A program made the position numbers and the translations under genes. Below, one piece after another: positions 9,248-21,700 of a stretch of DNA of 64,000 nt (position 1 is the stretch's first letter; every line of letters starts with the position of its first letter). Source of the DNA: the human T2T-CHM13v2.0 reference genome, Homo sapiens; NCBI RefSeq assembly GCF_009914755.1, contig NC_060934.1. One strand, written 5' to 3'. The notes under the pieces are model-generated. The model saw nothing but the letters and a program-made list of their open reading frames with translations. It searched no databases and had not been told where the DNA came from.

Positions 9248-12200
9248 GAATTCTCAGTAACTTCTTTGTGTTGTGTGTATTCAACTCACAGAGTTGAACC
9301 TTTCTTTAGAGAGAGCAGAGTTGAAACACTCTTTTTGTGGAATTTGCTAGTGCAGATTTCAAACGCTTCGAAGACAGTGATAGCAAAGGATATATCTTCG
9401 TATTAAAACTAGACAAAATCATTCTCAGAAAACACTTTGTGATGTGTGTGTTCAACTCACACAGTTTAACCTTTCTTTAATCGAGCAGTTTGGAAATACA
9501 CTCTTTGTAAGTCTGCAGGTGGATAATTGGCCCTCTTTGAGCCCTTCGTTGGAAACGGGATTTCCTCATATAATGCTAGACAGAAGAATTCTCAGTAACT
9601 TCTTTGTGTTGTTTGTATTCAACTCACAGATTTGAACCTTCCTTTAGAGAGAGCAGATTTGAAACACTCTGTTTTTGGAATTTGCAAGTGCAGATTTCAA
9701 GCACTTCTAGGCCTATGGCAGAAAAGGAAATATCTTCGTATAAAAAATACACAGAATCATTCTCAACAACTACTTTGTGATGTGTGCGTTCAACTCACAG
9801 AGTTTAACCTTTCTTTTCATAGAGCAGTTTGGAAACACTCTGTTTGTAAAGCCTGCAAGTGCTTTTTTGGACTTCATTGAGGCCTTCGTTGGAAACGGGA
9901 TTTCTTCATACAACGCTAGACAGAAGAATTCTCAGTAACTTCTTTGTGTTGTGTGTATTCAACTCACAGAGTTGAACCTTTCTTTAGAGAGAGCAGAGTT
10001 GAAACACTCTGTTTTTGGAATTTGCAAGTGCAGATTTCAAGCGATTCTAGGCCTATGGCAGAAAAGGAAATATCTTCGTATAAAAACTACACAGAATCAT
10101 TCTCAACAACTACTTTGTGATGTGTGCGTTCAACTCACAGAGTTTAACCTTTCTTTTCATACAGCAGTTTGGAAACACTCTGTTTGTAAAGCCTGCAAGT
10201 GCTTTTTTGGACTTCATTGAGGCCTTCGTTGGAAACGGGATTTCTTCATATAATGCTAGACAGAAGAATTCTCAGTCACTTCTTTGTGTTGTGTGTATTC
10301 AAGTCACAGAGTTGAACCTTCCTTTAGACAGAGCAGTTTTGAAAAATTCTTTCTGTGGAGTTTGCAAGTGGAGATTTCAAGCGATTTGAGGCTAATCTTT
10401 GAAATGGAAATATCTTCGTGTAAAAACTACACAGAATCATTCTCAGAAACTGCTTTGTCATCTGTGCGTTCAGTTCACAGAGTTTCACCTTTCTCTTCAT
10501 AGAGCAGTTTGGAAAGACTCTGTCTGTAAAGTCTGCAAGTGATTAGTTAGACCCCTTTGAGGCCTTCGTTGGAAGTGGGATTTCTCATTTACTGCTAGAC
10601 AGAAGAATTCTCAGTAAATCCTTTGTGTTGTGTGTATTCAACTCACAGAGTGGAACCTTCCTTTATTCAGAGCAGTTTTCAAACACTCTTTTTGTGGAAT
10701 TTGCAAGTGGAGATTTCAAGCGATTTGACGCCAATCTTAGACATGGAAATATCTTCATATTAAAAGTACACAGAGTCATTCGTAGAAACTAGTTTGTGAT
10801 GTGTGCCTTCAACTCACAGAGTTTAACCTTTCTTTTCATAGAGCAGTTTGGAAACACTCTATTTGTAAAGTCTGCAAGTGGATATTTGGACCTCTTTGAG
10901 GCCTTCGTTGGAAACGGGATTTCTTCATATAACGCTAGACAGAAGAATTCTCAGTAACTTCTTTGTGTTGTGTGTATTCAACTCACAGAGTTGAACCTTT
11001 CTTTAGAGGGAGCAGAGGTGAAACAGTCTTTTTGTGGAATTTGCTAGTGTAGATTTCAAACGCTTCGAAGTCAGTGATAGAAAAGGATATATCTTCGTAT
11101 TAAAAGTAGACAAAATCATTCTCAGAAAACTCTTTGTGATGTGTGTGTTCAACTCACAGAGTTTAACCTTTCTTTAATCGAGCAGTTTGGAAATACACTC
11201 TTTGTAAGTCTGCAGGTGGATATTTGGCCCTCTTTGAGCCCTTCTTTCGAAACGGGATTTCCTCTTATAATGCTAGACAGAAGAATTCTCAGTAACTTCT
11301 CTGTGTTGTTTGTATTCAACTCACAGATTTGAACCTTCCTTTAGAGAGAGCAGATTTGAAACATTCTGTTTTTGGAATTTGCAAGTGCAGATTTCAAGCA
11401 CTTCTAGGCCTATGGCAGAAAAGGAAATATCTTCGTATAAAAACTACACAGAATCATTCTCAACAACTACTTTGTGATGTGTGCGTTCAACTCACAGAGT
11501 TTAACCTTTCTTTTCATAGAGCAGTTTGGAAACACTCTGTTTGTAAAGTCTGCAAGTGGATATTTGGACCTCTTTGAGGCCTTCGTTGGAAACGGGATTT
11601 CTTCATACAACGCTAGACAGAAGAATTCTCAGTAACTTCTTTGTGTTGTGTGTATTCAACTCACAGAGTTGAACCTTTCTTTAGAGAGAGCAGAGTTGAA
11701 ACACTCTGTTTTTGGAATTTGCAAGTGCAGATTTCAAGCGATTCTAGGCCTATGGCAGAAAAGGAAATATCTTCGTATAAAAACTACACAGAATCATTCT
11801 CAACAACTACTTTGTGATGTGTGCGTTCAACTCACAGAGTTTAACCTTTCTTTTCATAGAGCAGTTTGGAAACACTCTGTTTGTAAAGCCTGCAAGTGCT
11901 TTTTTGGACTTCATTGAGGCCTTCGTTGGAAACGGGATTTCTTCATATAATGCTAGACAGAAGAATTCTCAGTCACTTCTTTGTGTTGTGTGTATTCAAG
12001 TCACAGAGTTGAAACTTCCTTTAGACAGAGCAGTTTTGAAAAATTCTTTCTGTGGAATTTGCAAGTGGAGATTTCAAGCGATTTGAGGCTAATCTTTGAA
12101 ATGGAAATATCTTCGTGTAAAAACTACACAGAATCATTCTCAGAAACTGCTTTGTCATCTGTGCGTTCAGTTCACAGAGTTTCACCTTTCTCTTCATAGA

Positions 12201-12641
12201 GCAGTTTGGAAAGACTCTGTCTCTAAAGTCTGCAAGTGATTAGTTAGACCCCTTTGAGGCCTTCGTTGGAAGCGGGATTTCTCATTTACTGCTAGAAAGA
12301 AGAATTCTCAGTAAATCCTTTGTGTTGTGTGTATTCAACTCACAGAGTGGAACCTTCCTTTATTCAGAGCAGTTTTGAAACACTCTTCTTGTGGAATTTG
12401 CAAGTGGAGATTTCAAGCGATTTGACGCCAATCTTAGACATGGAAATATCTTCATATTAAAAGTACACAGAGTCATTCGTAGAAACTAGATTGTGATGTG
12501 TGCCTTCAACTCACAGAGTTTAACCTTTCTTTTCATAGAGCAGTTCGGAAACACTCTATTTGTAAAGTCTGCAAGTGGATATTTGGACCTCTTTGAGGCC
12601 TTCGTTGGAAACGGGATTTCTTCATATAAAGCTAGACAGAA
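9248..12641 (+). repeat. Two adjacent 10-mer variants C-D-E-A-B (1697 bp each); others at 33337-35033 and 43857-45553
   Basis: C-marker spacing of 1697 bp, with D followed directly by E. Confidence 0.9.
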
Positions 12642-13989
12642 GAATTTTCAGTAACTTCTTTGTGTTGTGTGTATTCAACTCACAGAGTTGAACCTTTCTT
12701 TAGAGAGAGCAGAGTTGAAACACTCTTTTTGTGGAATTTGCTAGTGCAGATTTCAAACGCTTCGAAGACAGTGATAGCAAAGGATATACCTTCGTATTAA
12801 AACTAGACAAAATCATTCTCAGAAAACACTTTGTGATGTGTGTGTTCAACTCACAGAGTTTAACCTTTCTTTAATCGAGCAGTTTGGAAATACACTCTTT
12901 GTAAGTCTGCAGGTGGATAATTGGCCCTCTTTGAGCCCTTCGTTGGAAACGGGATTTCCTCATATAATGCTAGACAGAAGAATTCTCAGTAAATTCTTTG
13001 TGTTGTTTGTATTCAACTCACAGATTTGAACCTTCCTTTAGAGAGGGCAGATTTGAAACACTCTGTTTTTGGAATTAGCAAGTGCAGATTTCAAACGCTT
13101 CTAGGCCTATGGCAGAAAAGGAAATATCTTCGTATAAAAACTACACAGAATCATTCTCAACAACTACTTTGTGATGTGTGCGTTCAACTCACAGAGTTTA
13201 ACCTTTCTTTTCATAGAGCAGTTTGGAAACACTCTGTTTGTAACGCGTGCAAGTGCTTTTTTGGACTTCATTGAGGCCTTCGTTGGAAACGGGATTTCTT
13301 CATATAATGCTAGACGGAAGAATTCTCAGTCACTTCTTTGTGTTGTGTGTATTCAAGTCACAGAGTTGAACCTTCCTTTAGACAGAGTAGTTTTGAAAAA
13401 TTCTTTCTGTGGAGTTTGCAAGTGGAGATTTCAATCGATTTGAGGCTAATCTTTGAAATGGAAATATCTTCGTGTAAAAACTACACAGAAGCATTCTCAG
13501 AAACTGCTTTGTCATCTGTGCGTTCAGTTCACAGAGTTTCACCTTTCTCTTCATACAGCAGTTTGGAAAGACTCTGTCTGTAAAGTCTGCAAGTGATTAG
13601 TTAGACCCCTTTGAGGCCTTCGTTGGAAGCGGGATTTCTCATTTACTGCTAGACAGAAGAATTCTCAGTAAATCCTTTGTGTTGTGTGTATTCAACTCAC
13701 AGAGTGGAACCTTCCTTTATTCAGAGCAGTTTTGAAACACTCTTTTTGTGGAATTTGCAAGTGGAGATTTCAAGCGATTTGACGCCAATCTTAGACATGG
13801 AAATATCTTCATATTAAAAGTACACAGAGTCATTCGTAGAAACTAGTTTGTGATGTGTGCCTTCAACTCACAGAGTTTAACCTTTCTTTTCATAGAGCAG
13901 TTCAGAAACACTCTATTTGTAAAGTCTGCAAGTGGATATTTGGACCTCTTTGAGGCCTTCGTTGGAAACGGGATTTCTTCATATAACGC

Positions 13990-16900
13990 TAGACAGAAGA
14001 ATTCTCAGTAACTTCTTTGTGTTGTGTGTATTCAACTTACAGAGTTGAACCTTTCTTTAGAGAGAGCAGAGTTGAAACACTCTTTTTGTGGAATTTGCTA
14101 ATGCAGATTTCAAACGCTTCGAAGACAGTGATAGCAAAGGATATATCTTCGTATTAAAACTAGACAAAATCATTCTCAGAAAACACTTTGTGATGTGTGT
14201 GTTCAACTCACAGAGTTTAACCTTTCTTTAATCGAGCAGTTTGGAAATACACTCTATGTAAGTCTGCAGGTGGATAATTGTCCCTCTTTGAGCCCTTCGT
14301 TGGAAACGGAATTTCCTCATATAATGCTAGACAGAAGAATTCTCAGTAACTTCTTTGTTTTGTTTGTATTCAACTCACAGATTTGAACCTTCCTTTAGAG
14401 AGAGCAGATTTGAAACACTCTGTTTTTGGAATTTGCAAGTGCAGATTTCAAGCGCTTCTAGGCCTATGGCAGAAAAGGAATTATCTTCGTATAAAAACTA
14501 CACAGAATCATTCTCAACAACTACTTTGTGATGTGTGCGTACAACTCACAAAGTTTAACCTTTCTTTTCATAGAGCAGTTTGGAAACACTCTGTTTGTAA
14601 AGCCTGCAAGTGCTTTTTTGGACTTCATTGAGGCCTTCGTTGGAAACGGGATTTCTTCATACAATGCTAGACAGAAGAATTCTCAGTAAATCCTTTGTGT
14701 TGTGTTTATACAACTCACCGAGTGGAACCTTCCTTTATTCAGAGCAGTTTTGAAACACTCTTTTTGTGGAATTTGCAAGTGGAGATTTCAAGCGATTTGA
14801 CGTCAATCTTAGACATGGAAATATCTTCATATTAAAAGTACACAGAATCATTCGTAGAAACTAGTTTGTGATGTGTGCCTTCAACTCACAGAGTTTAACC
14901 TTTCTTTTCATAGAGCAGTTCGGAAACACTCTATTTGTAAAGTCTGCAAGTGGATATTTGGACCTCTTTGAGGCCTTCGTTGGAAACGGGATTTCTTCAT
15001 ATAACGCTAGACAGAAGAATTTTCAGTAACTTCTTTGTGTTGTGTGTATTCAACTCACAGAGTTGAACTTTTCTTTAGAGAGAGCAGAGTTGAAACACTC
15101 TTTTTGTGGAATTTGCTAGTGCAGATTTCAAACGCTTCGAAGACAGTGATAGAAAAGGATATATCTTCATATTAAAACTAGACAAAATCATTCTCAGAAA
15201 ACACTTTGTGATGTGTGTGTTCAACTCAAAGAGTTTAACCTTTCTTTAATCGAGCAGTTTGGAAATACACTCTTTGTAAGTCTTCAGGTGGATAATTGGC
15301 CCTCTTTGAGCCCTTCGTTGGAAACGGGATTTCCTCATATAATGCTAGACAGAAGAATTCTCAGTAACTTCTTTGTGTTGTTTGTATTCAACTCACAGAT
15401 TTGAACCTTCCTTTAGAGAGAGCAGATTTGAAACACTCTGTTTTTGGAATTTGCAAGTGCAGATTTCAAGCGCTTCTAGGCCTATGGCAGAAAAGGAAAT
15501 ATCTTCGTATAAAAACTACACAGAATCATTCTCAACAACTACTTTGTGATGTGTGCGTTCAACTCACAGAGTTTAAACTTTCTTTTCATAGAGCAGTTTG
15601 GAAACACTCTGTTTGTAAAGCCTGCAAGTGCTTTTTTGGACTTCATTGAGGCCTTCGTTGGAAACGGGATTTCTTCATATAATGCTAGACAGAAGAATTC
15701 TCAGTCACTTCTTTGTGTTGTGTGTATTCAAGTCACAGAGGTGAACCTTCTTTTAGACAGAGCAGTTTTGAAAAATTCTTTCTGTGGAATTTGCAATTGG
15801 AGATTTTAAGCGATTTGAGGCTAATCTTTGAAATGGAAATATCTTCGTGTCAAAACTACACAGAATCATTCTCAGAAACTGCTTTGTTATCTGTGCGTTC
15901 AGTTCACAGAGTTTCACCTTTCTCTTCATAGAGCAGTTTGGAAAGACTCTGTCTGTAAAGTCTGCAAGTGATTAGTTAGACCCCTTTGAGGCCTTCGTTG
16001 GAAGCGGGATTTCTCATTTACTGCTAGACAGAAGAATTCTCAGTAAATCCTTTGTGTTGTGTGTATTCAACTCACAGAGTGGAACCTTCCTTTATTCAGA
16101 GAAGTTTTGAAAAACACTTTTTGTGGAATTTGCAAGTGGAGATTTCAAGCGATTTGACGCCAATCTTAGACATGGAAAAATCTTCATATTAAAAGTACAC
16201 AGAGTCATTCGTAGAAACTAGTTTGTGATGTGTGCCTTCAACTCACAGAGTTTAACTTTTCTTTTCATAGAGCAGTTCGGAAACACTCTGTTTGTAAAGT
16301 CTGCAAGTGGATATTTGGACCTCTTTGAGGCCTTCGTTGGAAACGGGATTTCTTCATATAATGCTAGACAGAAGAATTCTCAGTAACTTCTTTGTGTTGT
16401 GTGTATTCAACTTACAGAGTTGAACCTTTCTTTAGAGAGAGCAGAGTTGAAACACTCTTTTTGTGGAATTTGCTAATGCAGATTTCAAACGCTTCGAAGA
16501 CAGTGATAGCAAAGGATATATCTTCGTATTAAAACTAGACAAAATCATTCTCAGAAAACACTTTGTGATGTGTGTGTTCAACTCACAGAGTTTAACCTTT
16601 CTTTAATCGAGCAGTTTGGAAATACACTCTATGTAAGTCTGCAGGTGGATAATTGTCCCTCTTTGAGCCCTTCGTTGGAAACGGAATTTCCTCATATAAT
16701 GCTAGACAGAAGAATTCTCAGTAACTTCTTTGTTTTGTTTGTATTCAACTCACAGATTTGAACCTTCCTTTAGAGAGAGCAGATTTGAAACACTCTGTTT
16801 TTGGAATTTGCAAGTGCAGATTTCAAGCGCTTCTAGGCCTATGGCAGAAAAGGAATTATCTTCGTATAAAAACTACACAGAATCATTCTCAACAACTACT

Positions 16901-18732
16901 TTGTGATGTGTGCGTACAACTCACAAAGTTTAACCTTTCTTTTCATAGAGCAGTTTGGAAACACTCTGTTTGTAAAGCCTGCAAGTGCTTTTTTGGACTT
17001 CATTGAGGCCTTCGTTGGAAACGGGATTTCTTCATACAATGCTAGACAGAAGAATTCTCAGTAAATCCTTTGTGTTGTGTTTATACAACTCACAGAGTGG
17101 AACCTTCCTTTATTCAGAGCAGTTTTGAAACACTCTTTTTGTGGAATTTGCAAGTGGAGATTTCAAGCGATTTGACGTCAATCTTAGACATGGAAATATC
17201 TTCATATTAAAAGTACACAGAATCATTCGTAGAAACTAGTTTGTGATGTGTGCCTTCAACTCACAGAGTTTAACCTTTCTTTTCATAGAGCAGTTCGGAA
17301 ACACTCTATTTGTAAAGTCTGCAAGTGGATATTTGGACCTCTTTGAGGCCTTCGTTGGAAACGGGATTTCTTCATATAACGCTAGACAGAAGAATTTTCA
17401 GTAACTTCTTTGTGTTGTGTGTATTCAACTCACAGAGTTGAACTTTTCTTTAGAGAGAGCAGAGTTGAAACACTCTTTTTGTGGAATTTGCTAGTGCAGA
17501 TTTCAAACGCTTCGAAGACAGTGATAGAAAAGGATATATCTTCATATTAAAACTAGACAAAATCATTCTCAGAAAACACTTTGTGATGTGTGTGTTCAAC
17601 TCAAAGAGTTTAACCTTTCTTTAATCGAGCAGTTTGGAAATACACTCTTTGTAAGTCTTCAGGTGGATAATTGGCCCTCTTTGAGCCCTTCGTTGGAAAC
17701 GGGATTTCCTCATATAATGCTAGACAGAAGAATTCTCAGTAACTTCTTTGTGTTGTTTGTATTCAACTCACAGATTTGAACCTTCCTTTAGAGAGAGCAG
17801 ATTTGAAACACTCTGTTTTTGGAATTTGCAAGTGCAGATTTCAAGCGCTTCTAGGCCTATGGCAGAAAAGGAAATATCTTCGTATAAAAACTACACAGAA
17901 TCATTCTCAACAACTACTTTGTGATGTGTGCGTTCAACTCACAGAGTTTAAACTTTCTTTTCATAGAGCAGTTTGGAAACACTCTGTTTGTAAAGCCTGC
18001 AAGTGCTTTTTTGGACTTCATTGAGGCCTTCGTTGGAAACGGGATTTCTTCATATAATGCTAGACAGAAGAATTCTCAGTCACTTCTTTGTGTTGTGTGT
18101 ATTCAAGTCACAGAGGTGAACCTTCTTTTAGACAGAGCAGTTTTGAAAAATTCTTTCTGTGGAATTTGCAATTGGAGATTTTAAGCGATTTGAGGCTAAT
18201 CTTTGAAATGGAAATATCTTCGTGTCAAAACTACACAGAATCATTCTCAGAAACTGCTTTGTTATCTGTGCGTTCAGTTCACAGAGTTTCACCTTTCTCT
18301 TCATAGAGCAGTTTGGAAAGACTCTGTCTGTAAAGTCTGCAAGTGATTAGTTAGACCCCTTTGAGGCCTTCGTTGGAAGCGGGATTTCTCATTTACTGCT
18401 AGACAGAAGAATTCTCAGTAAATCCTTTGTGTTGTGTGTATTCAACTCACAGAGTGGAACCTTCCTTTATTCAGAGAAGTTTTGAAAAACACTTTTTGTG
18501 GAATTTGCAAGTGGAGATTTCAAGCGATTTGACGCCAATCTTAGACATGGAAAAATCTTCATATTAAAAGTACACAGAGTCATTCGTAGAAACTAGTTTG
18601 TGATGTGTGCCTTCAACTCACAGAGTTTAACTTTTCTTTTCATAGAGCAGTTCGGAAACACTCTGTTTGTAAAGTCTGCAAGTGGATATTTGGACCTCTT
18701 TGAGGCCTTCGTTGGAAACGGGATTTCTTCAT
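13990..18732 (+). repeat. Direct tandem duplication, period 2375 bp (6-mer + 8-mer)
   Basis: Private variants recur 2375 bp apart: CAACTTACAG, GCTAATGCAG, CTCTATGTAAG, AAACGGAATT, GCGTACAAC, GACGTCAATC, GTCTTCAGG, CAGAGAAGTTTTG. Confidence 0.92.
13999..15016 (+). repeat. 6-mer HOR variant C-D-B (1018 bp, dimer A missing); second copy at 16374-17391
   Basis: C-marker spacing of 1018 bp. The D tail runs directly into the B head (GAATTCTCAGTAAATCC) near 14677. Confidence 0.9.
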
Positions 18733-21700
18733 ACAACGCTAGACAGAAGAATTCTCAGTAACTTCTTTGTGTTGTGTGTATTCAACTCACAGAGTTGAAC
18801 CTTTCTTTAGAGAGAGCAGAGTTGAAACACTCTGTTTTTGGAATTTGCAAGTGCAGATTTCAAGCGATTCTAGGCCTATGGCAGAAAAGGAAATATCTTC
18901 GTATAAAAACTACACAGAATCATTCTCAACAACTACTTTGTGATGTGTGCGTTCAACTCACAAAGTTTAACCTTTCTTTTCATAGAGAAGTTTGGAAACA
19001 CTCTGTTTGTAAAGCCTGCAAGAGCTTTTTTGGACTTCATTGAGGCCTTCGTTGGAAACGGGATTTCTTCATATATTGCTAGACAGAAGAATTCTCAGTA
19101 AATCCTTTGTGTTGTGTTTATTCAACTCACAGAGTGGAACCTTCCTTTATTCAGAGCAGTTTTGAAACACTCTTTTTGTGGAATTTGCAAGTGGAGATTT
19201 CAAGCGATTTGACGCCAATCTTAGACATGGAAATATCTTCATATTAAAAGTACACAGAATCATTCGTAGAAACAAGTTTGTGTTGTGTGCCTTCAACTCA
19301 CAGAGTTTAACCTTTCTTTTCATAGAGCAGTTCGGAAACATTCTATTTGTAAAGTCTGCAAGTGGATATTTGGACCTCTTTGAGGCCTTCGTTGGAAAAG
19401 GGATTTCTTCATATAACGCTAGACAGAAGAATTCTCAGTAACTTCTTTGTGTTGTGTGTATTCAACTCACAGAGTTGAACCTTTCTTTAGAGAGAGCAGA
19501 GTTGAAACACTCTTTTTGTGGAATTTGCTAGTGCAGATTTCAAACGCTTCGAAGACAGTGATAGCAAAGGATATATCTTCGTATTAAAACTAGACAAAAT
19601 CATTGTCAGAAAACACTTTGTGATGTGTGTGTTCAACTCACAGAGTTTAACCTTTCTTTAATCGAGCAGTTTGGAAATACACTCTTTGTAAGTCTGCAGG
19701 TGGATAATTGGCCCTCTTTGAGCCCTTCATTGGAAACGGGATTTCCTCATATAATGCTAGACAGAAGAATTCTCAGTAACTTCTTTGTGTTGTTTGTATT
19801 CAACTCACAGATTTGAACCTTCCTTTAGAGAGAGCAGATTTGAAACACTCTGTTTTTGGAATTTGCAAGTGCAGATTTCAAGCGCTTCTAGGCCTATGGC
19901 AGAAAAGGAAATATCTTCGTATAAAAACTACACAGAATCATTCTCAACAACTACTTTGTGATGTGTGCGTTCAACTCACAGAGTTTAACCTTTCTTTTCA
20001 TAGAGCAGTTTGGAAACACTCTGATTGTAAAGCCTGCAAGTGCTTTTTTGGACTTCATTGAGGCCTTCGTTGGAAACGGGATTTCTTCATATAATGCTAG
20101 ACAGAAGAATTCTCAGTCACTTCTTTGTGTTGTGTGTATTCAAGTCACAGAGTTGAACCTTCCTTTAGACAGAGCAGTTTTGAAAAATTCTTTCTGTGGA
20201 ATTTGCAAGTGGAGATTTCAAGCGATTTGAGGCTAATCTTTGAAATGGAAATATCTTCGTGTAAAAACTACACAGAATCATTCTCAGAAACTGCTTTGTC
20301 ATCTGTGCGTTCAGTTCACAGAGTTTCACCTTTCTCTTCATACAGCAGTTTGGAAAGACTCTGTCTGTAAAGTCTGCAAGTGATTAGTTAGACCCCTTTG
20401 AGGCCTTCGTTGGAAGCGGGATTTCTCATTTACTGCTAGACAGAAGAATTCTCAGTAAATCCTTTGTGTTGTGTGTATTCAACTCACAGAGTGGAACCTT
20501 CCTTTATTCAGAGCAGTTTTGAAACACTCTTTTTGTGGAATTTGCAAGTGGAGATTTCAAGCGATTTGACGCCAATCTTAGACATGGAAATATCTTCATA
20601 TTAAAAGTACACAGAGTCATTCGTAGAAACTAGTTTGTGATGTGTGCCTTCAACTCACAGAGTTTAACCTTTCTTTTCATAGAGCAGTTGGGAAACACTC
20701 TATTTGTAAAGTCTGCAAGTGGATATTTGGACCTCTTTGAGGCCTTCGTTGGAAACGGGATTTCTTCATATAACGCTAGACAGAAGAATTCTCAGTAACT
20801 TCTTTGTGTTGTGTGTATTCAACTCACAGAGTTGAACCTTTCTTTAGAGGGAGCAGAGGTGAAACAGTCTTTTTGTGGAATTTGCCAGTGTAGATTTCAA
20901 ACGCTTCGAAGTCAGTGATAGAAAAGGATATATCTTCGTATTAAAAGTAGACAAATTCATTCTCAGAAAACTCTTTGTGATGTGTGTGTTCAACTCACAG
21001 AGTTTAACCTTTCTTTAATCGAGCAGTTTGGAAATACACTCTTTGTAAGTCTGCAGGTGGATATTTGGCCCTCTTTGAGCCCTTCTTTGGAAACGGGATT
21101 TCCTCTTATAATGCTAGACAGAAGAATTCTCAGTAACTTCTCTGTGTTGTTTGTATGCAACACACAGATTTGAACCTTCCTTTAGAGAGAGCAGATTTGA
21201 AACACTCTGTTTTTGGAATTTGCAAGTGCAGATTTCAAGCACTTCTAGGCCTATGGCAGAAAAGGAAATATCTTCGTATAAAAACTACACAGAATCATTC
21301 TCAACAACTACTTTGTGATGTGTGCGTTCAACTCACAGAGTTTAACCTTTCTTTTCATAGAGCAGTTTGGAAACACTCTGTTTGTAAAGCCTGCAAGTGC
21401 TTTTTTGGAGTTCATTGAGGCCTTCGTTGGAAACGGGATTTCTTCATACAACGCTAGACAGAAGAATTCTCAGTTACTTCTTTGTGTTGTGTGTATTCAA
21501 CTCACAGAGTTGAACCTTTCTTTAGAGAGAGCAGAGTTGAAACACTCTGTTTTTGGAATTTGCAAGTGCAGATTTCAAGCGATTCTAGGCCTATGGCAGA
21601 AAAGGAAATATCTTCGTATAAAAACTACACAGAATCATTCTCAACAACTACTTTGTGATGTGTACGTTCAACTCAGAGAGTTTAAACTTTCTTTTCATAG

